From an uncultured Actinomycetota bacterium (lineage in GTDB: Bacteria; Actinomycetota; Actinomycetes; JAHEKZ01), in the NCBI GenBank assembly GCA_963743915.1, contig CAVURN010000002.1:224001-288000 (forward strand): a DNA stretch of 64,000 nt. Direction: 5' to 3'. Positions within the stretch are counted from its first letter, which is position 1. Each line of letters opens with the position of its first letter. Shown here in pieces: positions 21,206-30,586 of this stretch. The notes beneath the pieces were generated by a model, which made no database searches, was not told the origin of the DNA, and saw nothing but the letters and a program-made list of their open reading frames with translations. A program made the position numbers and the translations under genes.

Positions 21206-21910
21206 GTGTCCGTTCCGTTCTACGTCTCGCCCGAGCAGATCATCAAGGACAAGGCGGACTACGCGCGCAAGGGCATCGCTCGCGGGCGGTCGGTGGTGGT
21301 GCTGCAGTTCCGCGACGGGATCGTCTTCGTGGCCGAGAACCCCTCGCGGGCGCTGCACAAGGTGAGCGAGATCTACGACCGCATCGCCTTCGCCGCAGTG
21401 GGCAAGTACAACGAGTTCGAGAACCTGCGCGTCGCGGGCATCCGGCTGGCCGACCTGCGCGGCTTCTCCTTCGACCGGCGTGACGTGACCGTGCGCAACC
21501 TGGCCAACGCGTACGCCCAGACGCTCGGCACCATCTTCACCGAGACCTCCAAGCCTTACGAGGTCGAGCTCGTCGTGGCCGAGGTCGGCGACGACGCGTC
21601 CGGCGACCAGATGTACCGGCTGACCTTCGACGGGTCGGTGGCCGACGAGCACGGCTTCGTCGTCATGGGTGGATCGGCGGAGGCGATCTCGGCGGTGCTC
21701 GCGGACCGCTACACGGAGGGGCTCGACCTCCGGGCGGCGATCGCGGTGGGGATCGAGGCTCTGGCCGAGGATGGCGCCGAGCCGCGCCAGCTGACCCCCC
21801 AGCAGCTCGAGGTGGCCGTGCTGGACCGCACGCGCACGCAGGCGCGTAAGTTCAAGCGACTCGCAGCCGACCGGATCGCCGAGCTGCTGGCCTCAGGCGA
21901 CGACGGGTAG
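21206..21910 (+). CDS. prcA: 20S proteasome alpha subunit
   Basis: [23 protein letters not shown] and LEVAVLDR. Confidence 0.97.
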   Translation: MSVPFYVSPEQIIKDKADYARKGIARGRSVVVLQFRDGIVFVAENPSRALHKVSEIYDRIAFAAVGKYNEFENLRVAGIRLADLRGFSFDRRDVTVRNLANAYAQTLGTIFTETSKPYEVELVVAEVGDDASGDQMYRLTFDGSVADEHGFVVMGGSAEAISAVLADRYTEGLDLRAAIAVGIEALAEDGAEPRQLTPQQLEVAVLDRTRTQARKFKRLAADRIAELLASGDDG

Positions 21911-21913
21911 ACC

Positions 21914-23275
21914 ATGGACCGGCGCATCTTCGGCATCGAGACCGAGTACGGGGTCACCTGCACCTTCCGCGGGCAGCGCCGGCTCTCGCCCGACGAGGTC
22001 GCCCGCTACCTGTTCCGGCGCGTGGTGTCGTGGGGTCGCAGCAGCAACGTGTTTCTGCGCAACGGTGCCCGCCTCTACCTGGACGTCGGGTCGCACCCTG
22101 AGTACGCGACCCCCGAGTGCGACTCGCTGACCGAGCTCATCGCCCACGACCGGGCGGGTGAGCGGATCCTGGAGGGGCTGCTGATCGACGCCGAGCGGCG
22201 TCTGCACGAAGAGGGCATCTCCGGCGACGTCTACCTCTTCAAGAACAACACCGACTCCGCCGGCAACTCCTACGGCTGCCATGAGAACTACCTGATCTCC
22301 CGTCAGGGGGAGTTCGGCAAGGTGTCCGACGTCCTGATCCCCTTCCTCGTGACACGACAGCTGATCGTCGGGGCGGGCAAGGTGCTGCAGACGCCGCGCG
22401 GCTCGGTCTTCTGCCTCAGCCAGCGGGCCGAGCACATCTGGGAGGGCGTCTCGTCGGCAACGACGCGGTCACGTCCGATCATCAACACCCGGGACGAGCC
22501 GCACGCCGACGCCGAGAAGTACCGCCGCCTGCATGTGATCGTCGGCGACTCCAACCTCGCCCAGCCCACGACCTTGCTCAAGGTCGGCGCCACCGACCTG
22601 GTGCTGAAGATGGTCGAGAGCGGCGTCGTGCTGCGCGACCTCTCGCTGGAGAACCCCATCCGCGCCATCCGCGAGATCAGCCACGACCCCACGGGTCGAC
22701 GTCTGGTCCGCCTCGTCAACGGCCGCGAGCTCTCCGCGCTGCAGATCCAGACCGAGTACCTGGAGAAGGCCCGCGCATTCGCCGACCGACGGGGCCTCGA
22801 CGACCCGGTGACGCGACGCGTCCTCGACCTCTGGCAGCGCGTGCTGACTGCCGTGGAGACCGGGGACCTGGGTTCGGTGGGCCGTGAGATCGACTGGGTC
22901 ATCAAGTACCAGATGATCGAGCGTTACCGCGCCAAGCACGACGTCTCGCTCGGCTCGGCCCGCGTCGCGCAGCTCGACCTCGCGTACCACGACATCCGGC
23001 GCAACCGTGGCCTCTTCTCCCTGCTGGAGCGACGGGGGCTCGTCGACCAGGTGGTTCCGGAGCTCGAGACGTTCCAGGCCAAGAGCCGACCCCCCCAGAC
23101 GACGCGCGCCAGGCTGCGGGGGGAGTTCATCCGACGGGCGCAGGAGAAGCGGCGCGACTTCACCGTCGACTGGGTCCACCTCAAGCTCAACGACCAGGCG
23201 CAGCGCACGGTCCTGTGCAAGGACCCCTTCAAGGCCTTCGACGACCGGGTGGATCGCCTCATCGACTCGATGTAG
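21914..23275 (+). CDS. pafA: Pup-protein ligase
   Basis: [21 protein letters not shown] and [23 protein letters not shown]. Confidence 0.97.
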   Translation: MDRRIFGIETEYGVTCTFRGQRRLSPDEVARYLFRRVVSWGRSSNVFLRNGARLYLDVGSHPEYATPECDSLTELIAHDRAGERILEGLLIDAERRLHEEGISGDVYLFKNNTDSAGNSYGCHENYLISRQGEFGKVSDVLIPFLVTRQLIVGAGKVLQTPRGSVFCLSQRAEHIWEGVSSATTRSRPIINTRDEPHADAEKYRRLHVIVGDSNLAQPTTLLKVGATDLVLKMVESGVVLRDLSLENPIRAIREISHDPTGRRLVRLVNGRELSALQIQTEYLEKARAFADRRGLDDPVTRRVLDLWQRVLTAVETGDLGSVGREIDWVIKYQMIERYRAKHDVSLGSARVAQLDLAYHDIRRNRGLFSLLERRGLVDQVVPELETFQAKSRPPQTTRARLRGEFIRRAQEKRRDFTVDWVHLKLNDQAQRTVLCKDPFKAFDDRVDRLIDSM

Positions 23276-23279
23276 GGCC

Positions 23280-23344
23280 GTCCGGCCACGGATGGGTCCG
23301 GCGTGTCGTTCGATCAATGGAGGCGGTGTCACACCGCACCCACC
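23280..23344. repeat. Dispersed 65-bp palindromic repeat, copy A
   Basis: Ungapped match to 38781-38845 (51/65 identical by my count); core GCGGTGTCACACCGC. Confidence 0.8.
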
Positions 23345-23474
23345 GGGGTGGTGTGCCACCGGCATGGCGGAACCGATCTGAGCGTCCCGCCGTCTACGCT
23401 GGGGTGGAGTGTGCGGCACGTCGTCGCGCGCCCCCGAATCACCCAGCGTCACCCCCACTTCCCCGAGGAGTCCT

Positions 23475-24482
23475 GTGCCGTACCGCCGTCTTGCCGTCGC
23501 CCTCGGCCTGTCGACCGCCCTGGTGGCCGGACTGGCCGCCTGCGGGGACGACACCGAGCCAGCCGCTGCGCCGAGCCCGTCGGTGAGCAGCCCGTCGGCG
23601 TCCCCCTCCGACACCCCGACGGAGACCGAGCCCGCGGCATCCGGTGAGCTGCCCTCGGTCACCGGCGGGTTCGGCGAGCCGCCCACGGTGGAGATCCCCG
23701 AGAGCGCACCCCCGGAGCAGCTGGTGGTCAAGACCCTCGAGAAGGGTCAGGGGCCCGCTGTCGAGTCCGGCGAGATCATCGTCGTCGACTACGTCGGGAT
23801 GCGGTGGGAGGACGGTGAGACGTTCGACTCCTCGTTCGACCGTGGCTCGCCGGCAGGCTTCAGCATCGGCACCGGCTCGGTCATCCCCGGTTGGGACAGT
23901 GGTCTGGTCGGCGTCCCTGTGGGCAGCCGGGTCCTCATGGTGCTCCCCCCCGACGAGGCGTACGGCGACTCTCCGCCCGACGGGGCACCGATCCAGCCGG
24001 GTGACACGCTCGTCTTCGTCGTCGACGTCCTCGGTGCGCACGGCGCCGACGAGACCGCGAAGGGCGCGCCGGCACCGACCGAGGACGACAGCCTCCCGTA
24101 CGTCTCGATCAGCCCGCGCGAGCCCGAGGTGGCCATCCCGCCGGGACGCGAGGCTCCCTCCCGGCTCGTCGCGATGCCGGTGGTGGTCGGCAAGGGCCCC
24201 AAGGTCGAGGCGGGCCAGACCGTCGTCGTGCAGTACAAGGGTGTGCTGTGGCGCAACGGCAAGGTCTTCGACTCGTCGTGGTCCTCGGGCCAGCCCTTCG
24301 TGACCACGATCGGCACGGGTGCGGTGATCCCCGGCTGGGACAAGGGTCTGGTAGGCGAGACGGTCGGCAGCCGCGTCATGCTCGTCGTGCCGCCGAAGGA
24401 TGGCTACGGGCAGGCGGGCAGCGGCCAGATCCGCGGCACTGACACGATGGTGTTCGCCGTGGACATCCTCGGCGCCTACTGA
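23475..24482 (+). CDS. Two-domain FKBP peptidyl-prolyl isomerase, lipoprotein
   Basis: GAGGAG RBS, lipobox LAAC and two FDSS..VIPGWD.GL FKBP domains. Confidence 0.92.
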   Translation: MPYRRLAVALGLSTALVAGLAACGDDTEPAAAPSPSVSSPSASPSDTPTETEPAASGELPSVTGGFGEPPTVEIPESAPPEQLVVKTLEKGQGPAVESGEIIVVDYVGMRWEDGETFDSSFDRGSPAGFSIGTGSVIPGWDSGLVGVPVGSRVLMVLPPDEAYGDSPPDGAPIQPGDTLVFVVDVLGAHGADETAKGAPAPTEDDSLPYVSISPREPEVAIPPGREAPSRLVAMPVVVGKGPKVEAGQTVVVQYKGVLWRNGKVFDSSWSSGQPFVTTIGTGAVIPGWDKGLVGETVGSRVMLVVPPKDGYGQAGSGQIRGTDTMVFAVDILGAY

Positions 24483-24502
24483 CGAGACGAGGGGTCCGCG
24501 CG

Positions 24503-24865
24503 ATGACCGACAAGCCTGAGGTCGACTTTCCCGGTGGCGAGCCGCCCTCGACGCTGGTCGTCACCGACGTGACGGTCGGAGAGGGCGCCGAGGCGGCGCC
24601 CGGTGCCACGGTGAAGGTGCACTACCTCGGTGTCGAGTACGACACCGGCGAGGAGTTCGACTCCTCCTGGAGCCGGGGCGAACCGATCGACTTCCCGCTC
24701 GGACGGCTCATCAAGGGCTGGCAGGAAGGCATCCCCGGGATGAAGGTGGGGGGACGCCGTCAGCTGATCTGCCCACCGGACCTCGCCTACGGGCCGGCCG
24801 GTGGCGGCCACCGCCTGTCCGGCAAGACCCTCATCTTCGTGATCGACCTGCTCGGCGTCAGCTGA
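24503..24865 (+). CDS. FKBP-type peptidyl-prolyl isomerase
   Basis: VHYLGV..FDSSW, IKGWQEGI.GMKVGGRR and TLIFVIDL. Confidence 0.95.
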   Translation: MTDKPEVDFPGGEPPSTLVVTDVTVGEGAEAAPGATVKVHYLGVEYDTGEEFDSSWSRGEPIDFPLGRLIKGWQEGIPGMKVGGRRQLICPPDLAYGPAGGGHRLSGKTLIFVIDLLGVS

Positions 24866-25928
24866 GCGACGCCGCGTGGCGTCCGGCCGCCGCTGACGCC
24901 AGGAAGGCGGCGCGGTCCTCGTCGAGCCCGCGTCCCATCGTGGACAGCGCCACTGGCGTCGCGGCCAGGGCGTCGTCCAGACCCTCGAGCGGCAGGTGCA
25001 CCAGCCGGTGTGGGGGAGTCAGCGCACCCACCTGGGCCTCCACGCGCTCGCCGAGCGCCCCGCCGAGCAGCGGGACCGGGATGTCGGCCGGGAGCACCGC
25101 CACCCGACCGTAGGCCGTCAGGGAGTGGTGCGAGACGCCGTGGTGGCGCTCACGCGCATCGGCTTCGGAGATCCGCAGGGCAGCCACCGCCCGCCCCCGG
25201 AGCGTCACGGCGGCGTTGACTGCCTCGCCGGCTGCGACCCCGGAGAAGCCCCAGCGCGTCCCCGTCCCGAGGTTGCCCGGTCCCTGTGCGACGACGGCGA
25301 CGTCGGCGTCCAGGACGTGCCGGGCCGCAAGGAGCCCGTTGTGGACCGTCACGGCCTCCAGGTCGCCGCCGAACGCCTGCCCCACCGTCACGGTCCCGGT
25401 GAGCCAGCCGGACCGACGCAGCGCCTCCACGGTGCGGGAGAACGCGAGCGGCAGGGCACCGCCGTCGGTGGCGACGTACGCCACGGTCGCGTCGGGACGC
25501 AGCTGCCGCACCCCGGCGACGATCGCCGGGAGCGCGGAGTGCAGGTCGGCCACGACGACGGGCATGCCGTCGAGGTCCTCGGCGTCGCGGAGCGCCGCAT
25601 GGTGCGGAGAGTCCTGCTCGTCCACACCGAGCACGGTCATCTGCAGCGGCGTGTAGCGCGCCTTGACCAGATGTCCCGGACCCGCGGGGTCGGGCGGCAG
25701 CCGGCGCGGCAGTCCGGCGACCAGTGCGTAGCCGCCGGTACCGAGGTCGAGGTCGAGCGCCGTGACGTTCAGGAGCACCTCGTCGCCCACCACGGGGTCG
25801 CCCACCACATCGAGGTAGGCGAGGGCGCGGACCCGCGTCGGACCGTTCTCGACCTCGACGGTGAGCTCCTGGGCCGTGCCCCACCGGGTCCCGAGCTCCA
25901 GCACTCGTCCACTGCGCCACCGGATCAC
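24858..25928 (-). CDS. DUF3866 family protein
   Basis: LGTGGY, GHLVKARYTPLQ, DLHSAL, DGGALP, QGPGNLGTGTRWGFSG and HHGVSHHS; TACAGT-N7-GTG start. Confidence 0.85.
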   Translation of the reverse strand: MIRWRSGRVLELGTRWGTAQELTVEVENGPTRVRALAYLDVVGDPVVGDEVLLNVTALDLDLGTGGYALVAGLPRRLPPDPAGPGHLVKARYTPLQMTVLGVDEQDSPHHAALRDAEDLDGMPVVVADLHSALPAIVAGVRQLRPDATVAYVATDGGALPLAFSRTVEALRRSGWLTGTVTVGQAFGGDLEAVTVHNGLLAARHVLDADVAVVAQGPGNLGTGTRWGFSGVAAGEAVNAAVTLRGRAVAALRISEADARERHHGVSHHSLTAYGRVAVLPADIPVPLLGGALGERVEAQVGALTPPHRLVHLPLEGLDDALAATPVALSTMGRGLDEDRAAFLASAAAGRHAASLS

Positions 25929-25991
25929 GGCGCACACTGTACGCAGCAGGTAGCGTCTCCCGGAGGATCGACCGACCGCCGAAGAGGAGCG

Positions 25992-26954
25992 ATGGCTGCA
26001 CCGCGCACCGAACGCCTGCTGAACCTGGTGATCTGCCTGCTCGCGTCGCGGCGGTACGTCACCAAGGAGCAGATCCGCGTCGCCGTGCCCCAGTACACCG
26101 ACTGCGCCTCGGACGAGGCGTTCGAGCGGATGTTCGAGCGTGACAAGGACGACCTGCGCGACATGGGGATCCCGCTCGAGACCGGGTCGAACGACATCCT
26201 GTTCGACGACGAGCTCGGCTACCGCATCCCCAAGGACGCCTACGCCCTCCCCGAGATCACGTTCGACGCCGACGAGCTCGCCGTGCTCGGCCTGGCCACC
26301 CGCATCTGGCAGCACGCCACCCTCGCGGGTGCCGCGAGCACCGCCATCCGCAAGCTCGAGGCCGCGGGGCTCGACGTCGACCCCGAGGCACTCTCCGCCG
26401 TGGAGCCCCGGATCGACGCCGCCGAGCCCGCGTTCGGACCGCTCTGGCGTGCGGTGCACGACCGCAGAGCGGTCGAGTTCACCTACCGTCGGGGCAGCAG
26501 CAGTCCGACCGCCCGCCACCTGCATCCGTGGGGCCTGGTCTCGTGGCACGGTCGCTGGTACGTGGTCGGGCACGACCTCGACCGGGACGACACGCGCGTC
26601 TTCCGCCTCTCCCGCATCCACGGTGAGGTCGCCCTGGGTTCGACGCCGAACGCCTTCACGGTGCCGGACGACGTGGACGTCACCGCATCGGTGCAGATGC
26701 TCGCCCGGCCCGCCGCTGAGCGCACCGCCACGATCCGGGTGCGACCGGGCAGCGCCCTTCCCCTCCGCCGACGTGGACGGGTGGTGGCCGAGGACGACGC
26801 GTGGGCCACCCTGGAGGTCGGGTTCGACGACGCCGAACAGCTCGCGGCCGAGGTCTGTGGCCTCGGGTCGTCGGCTGTGGTGGACGACCCGCCCGACCTG
26901 CGCGACGCCGTGGTGCGCCGCCTCCGGTCCACGGCCGAGGTGATCGCGTCGTGA
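25992..26954 (+). CDS. pafB: WYL-domain transcriptional activator PafB
   Basis: ERLLNLVICL, FERMFERDKDDLR, WYVVGHD and RVFRLSRI. Confidence 0.92.
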   Translation: MAAPRTERLLNLVICLLASRRYVTKEQIRVAVPQYTDCASDEAFERMFERDKDDLRDMGIPLETGSNDILFDDELGYRIPKDAYALPEITFDADELAVLGLATRIWQHATLAGAASTAIRKLEAAGLDVDPEALSAVEPRIDAAEPAFGPLWRAVHDRRAVEFTYRRGSSSPTARHLHPWGLVSWHGRWYVVGHDLDRDDTRVFRLSRIHGEVALGSTPNAFTVPDDVDVTASVQMLARPAAERTATIRVRPGSALPLRRRGRVVAEDDAWATLEVGFDDAEQLAAEVCGLGSSAVVDDPPDLRDAVVRRLRSTAEVIAS

Positions 26955-27901
26955 GCGGGGGAGCGATCGGCCAGCTGACCCGCCTGCTGGCCATGATCCC
27001 CTGGCTGCTCCAGCGCCCCGGGGTGTCGGTTGCCGACGCTGCCACCGAGTTCGGCATCTCCGAGGACCAGCTGCGGGCTGACCTCGGGCTGGTCTTCTTC
27101 TGTGGGCTCCCGGGGCACCTCCCGGACGACCTGATCGACGTCAGCCTGGACGGGGACAGCATCGTCGTCACGAACGCGGACACGATCGCGCGACCGCTGC
27201 GACTCGGACCCGACGAGGCCGTCGCGCTGATCACCGCGCTGCGTGCCCTGGCCGACATCCCCGGTCCGACCCGCCCGGAGGTCGTCGACCGGGTCATCGC
27301 CAAGCTCGAGAGCGCCGCCGGGGATGCCGCCGACTCGCACCGCAAGGTCACCGTGGCCATCGAGGGCGCCCATCAGCTGGCCGACCCGGTGCGTCGCGCG
27401 CTCGCCGAGCGGCGTCGGGTCCGGCTGCGCTACTACGTGCCCGCGCGTGACGAGGTCACCGAGCGCCAGGTCGACCCGTTGCGGCTCCTGGTCGCCGGGG
27501 GCCAGACCTACCTCGAGGGCTGGTGCCTGGCCGCCGACGACCTGCGGATCTTCCGCCTCGACCGGATCGAGTCGCTGGAGGTCCTCGACACGCCGGTGGA
27601 CGAGCGCCCCGCGCCGCCGCCGCGCGACCTGTCACAGGGCATCTTCGACCTCGCGGCGGCGCAGTGGCAGGTGCGCCTGCGGCTGAGCCCCCGCGCCCGC
27701 TGGCTGCTCGACACCTACCCGGTCACCGTGGTGTCCGAGGAGCCCGCGCTCGAGGTCTCCCTGCCGGTCGCCGACCTCGGCTGGGCCCGTCAGCTCGTCC
27801 TGCGGCTGGGCGGTGATGCCGAACCGCTCGCTCCCGCCGAGCTGGTGGACGCGGTGCGGGACGAGACGGCGCGCGCCCTGGAGGCGTACGCGGGCCACTG
27901 A
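26951..27901 (+). CDS. pafC: WYL-domain transcriptional activator PafC
   Basis: RLLAMIPWL, CGLPG..PDDLID, YLEGWC and FRLDRI; coupled to pafB. Confidence 0.92.
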   Translation: MSGGAIGQLTRLLAMIPWLLQRPGVSVADAATEFGISEDQLRADLGLVFFCGLPGHLPDDLIDVSLDGDSIVVTNADTIARPLRLGPDEAVALITALRALADIPGPTRPEVVDRVIAKLESAAGDAADSHRKVTVAIEGAHQLADPVRRALAERRRVRLRYYVPARDEVTERQVDPLRLLVAGGQTYLEGWCLAADDLRIFRLDRIESLEVLDTPVDERPAPPPRDLSQGIFDLAAAQWQVRLRLSPRARWLLDTYPVTVVSEEPALEVSLPVADLGWARQLVLRLGGDAEPLAPAELVDAVRDETARALEAYAGH

Positions 27902-28003
27902 CAACCCCCCACTGGGCTGAACGGGTGACGCCGTGCGGCGTCCACAGTCAAGGTTGCGGCCTCCGATGCCGAAGCCCCTCTCACAAGAGGGGAGGTACGA
28001 GTC

Positions 28004-28333
28004 ATGACGACGATCAAGGCCTCGTGCCCGGTGTGTGGGGACGTCGAGCTGACGCCCGAGGAGATGCGGCTGGTCGTGTGCAACCGGTCGGAGTGGTCGT
28101 ACTACGCCTTCCAGTGCACGCGCTGCGCCGACGAGGTCCGCAAGCCGGCCGACTCCGAGATCGTCGCCCTGCTGAAGTCCGGCGGCGTGGCCGTCACCCC
28201 CTGGCACATCCCCGCCGAGGCCCTCGAGGAGCACAGCGGCCCGGTGATCAGCTACGACGAGATCCTCGACTTCGCCCTCTGGCTCGAGCAGCACGACGTG
28301 CTGCCCGCCTCGCTCAGCACCTCGGGCCGCTGA
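28004..28333 (+). CDS. Small zinc-ribbon hypothetical protein
   Basis: CPVC...Y.FQCTRC; strong GGAGG RBS; GC3-rich codons. Confidence 0.8.
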   Translation: MTTIKASCPVCGDVELTPEEMRLVVCNRSEWSYYAFQCTRCADEVRKPADSEIVALLKSGGVAVTPWHIPAEALEEHSGPVISYDEILDFALWLEQHDVLPASLSTSGR

Positions 28334-28464
28334 CCTGCGGAAACCGGCCCCTCACCGGGCGATCATCCGCCACCGACGCGATCGTTACCCGGGCTGCACG
28401 CGGCACCGCCGGGGACCGCGTACCATCGTGAGGAAGACCTGACCGCAACGCCGAAGGACTCGCC

Positions 28465-28746
28465 ATGCCCAAGCTCGGAGCACCCGAGATCATCATCATC
28501 GTCCTTCTGCTGCTGCTGCTCTTCGGCGCCAAGCGGCTCCCGGACGCCGCCCGCGGCCTCGGCCGTTCCCTGCGCATCTTCAAGTCCGAGGTCAAGGCCG
28601 CGCAGGACGACGACGGCAACAGCCCCCCGCAGCAGATCCAGGCCACCTCCGACGAGGTCACGCCTTCTCCCACCCCGCCCCCGGCGCAGACGCCTCAGCC
28701 GACGACCGCCCCCCCTGCGTCGGACACCAGCCCCACCGACCGCTGA
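28465..28746 (+). CDS. tatA: Twin-arginine translocase subunit TatA
   Basis: [26 protein letters not shown]. Confidence 0.95.
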   Translation: MPKLGAPEIIIIVLLLLLLFGAKRLPDAARGLGRSLRIFKSEVKAAQDDDGNSPPQQIQATSDEVTPSPTPPPAQTPQPTTAPPASDTSPTDR

Positions 28747-28793
28747 GAGCCGGACCTTCCGGATAGCCACGGCGCGACCATGACCAAGGCTCG

Positions 28794-29666
28794 GTGATGC
28801 GCGCCCGCTCGAAGACGCCCCGTGGCGAGGGCGCCGCGATGCCTTTGATGGCGCACCTGCGCGAGCTGCGCTCCCGGATCTTCAAGTCATTGGTGGCCAT
28901 CGCCATCGGAGCGGTCATCGGCTGGATCTACTACAAGCCCATCTTCGCCTTCCTCACCGCGCCCGTCCGGGCCGTGGTCGACGACGCCCAGGCGAACGGC
29001 CTCGACATCCGGCTGGTCCTCACCAGCGTGGCCAGCCCGTTCGTGCTGCAGCTGAAGGTCTCGTCGATGGCGGGCATCGTCCTCGCCGCGCCGGTGTGGA
29101 TCTACCAGACCTGGGCCTTCATCACACCGGGGCTGCACAAGCACGAGCGCCGCTACGCCCTCGGGTTCGTGGCTGCAGCGCTCCCGCTCTTCCTCGGCGG
29201 CGTGCTGGTCGCCATGTGGGTGCTCCCCAAGGGCATGGAGCTGCTCTTCGGGTTCACCCCGGAGGACGTCGGCAACTACCTGTCCGTCGACACGTACCTT
29301 TCGTTCCTCATCCGCACGGTGCTGGTCTTCGGGCTGGGGTTCCTGGTGCCGATCTTCATCGTCGCGCTGAACCTTGTCGGGATCCTGAGTGCCCAGGCGA
29401 TCCGGCGCACCTGGCGCTGGACGGTCCTCGGGGTCTTCCTCTTCGGTGCGATCGCCACACCGACCGGCGACCCGCTCAGCATGATGCTGCTCGCCGGACC
29501 CATGCTGCTGCTGATCCTGGGAGCGTTCGGGATCTGCCTGCTGAACGACCGCCGACGTGAGCGCCGGCGCCACGAGCTGGGCTACGACGACCTCTCCGAC
29601 GACGAGGCGGCCCCCATCGAGGCCCCGACCGCGATCGACGCGCCCAGCGACGACGACCTGCGCTGA
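28794..29666 (+). CDS. tatC: Twin-arginine translocase subunit TatC (start uncertain)
   Basis: MPLMAHLRELRSR, YQTWAFITPGL and ATPTGDP. Confidence 0.95.
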   Translation: MMRARSKTPRGEGAAMPLMAHLRELRSRIFKSLVAIAIGAVIGWIYYKPIFAFLTAPVRAVVDDAQANGLDIRLVLTSVASPFVLQLKVSSMAGIVLAAPVWIYQTWAFITPGLHKHERRYALGFVAAALPLFLGGVLVAMWVLPKGMELLFGFTPEDVGNYLSVDTYLSFLIRTVLVFGLGFLVPIFIVALNLVGILSAQAIRRTWRWTVLGVFLFGAIATPTGDPLSMMLLAGPMLLLILGAFGICLLNDRRRERRRHELGYDDLSDDEAAPIEAPTAIDAPSDDDLR

Positions 29667-29669
29667 TAC

Positions 29670-30576
29670 ATGACCGCGTCCTGGCTGGTCGCCGTCAATC
29701 CCACCTCCGGCCGCGGCCGCGGCGCCCGTTGGGGGCGCGACGCGGTCCAGCTGCTCCGTGAGCAGGGGTGTGGACGTCCGGGTCATGATCGCCGAGTCGG
29801 CCGAGCTCCTCGAGCAGCAGTGCGCCGACGCCCTGCGGGAAGGCGGCGACGGGCTGGTGGTCGTCGGGGGCGACGGCATGGCGCACCTCGGCGTCAACCT
29901 GGCGTCCGCCGCAGGGGTTCCGCTCGGCATCGTGCCCGCCGGGAGCGGGAACGACTTCGCGCGCCACCTGGAGCTTCCGCGCGGTGACGTGCGAGCGGCT
30001 GTCGACGTCGTCCTGGGCGGCACCACCCGATCGGTCGACCTCGGCCGGCTGGAGGAGTCCGGACGACGGTTCGCGTGCGTGCTGTCCACCGGGTTCGACG
30101 CGGCGGTCAACGCGCGCGCCAATCGGCTCGCGTGGCCGACCGGGCGCAGTCGGTACCACGTCGCCATGGTCGCCGAGCTCCGCGCGTTCCGGCCGACGTC
30201 GCTGGTGGTCGAGGTCGACGGCGTCCCGCACGAGCACCGGGCGATGCTCGTCGCCGTCGGCAATGCCCGCTCCTACGGCGGCGGCATGCGGATCTGTCCG
30301 GCGGCCGACCTCGGCGACGGGCAGCTCGACGTCACCGTGGTCGACGAGATCTCCGTGCTCGAGCTGCTCCGGCTCTTCCCGCGGGTCTACACCGGCCGCC
30401 ACGTCGACCATCCGCAGGCATCCGTCTACCGCGGTGCCCGGGTGACCGTCCGTCCAGAGGCGGCCGGGGGAGCCCCGACGCCTGCCTTCGCCGACGGTGA
30501 GCAGGTGTCGACCCTGCCCGTGACGGCCCTCTGCGAACCGGGCGCGCTGCAGGTACGAGTGCCGCCGCTCCCGTAG
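29670..30576 (+). CDS. Diacylglycerol kinase family (YegS/Rv2252-like) protein (frameshift near 29765)
   Basis: VNPTSG, then GGDG, PAGSGNDFA, YGGG and ADGE. Confidence 0.88.
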
Positions 30577-30586
30577 CCTGCACGGC

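Noticed and set aside
25992-27901. WYL proteins as regulators of an anti-phage defence island
   Set aside because: Sequence and position between pafA and tatA identify them as housekeeping PafB and PafC.
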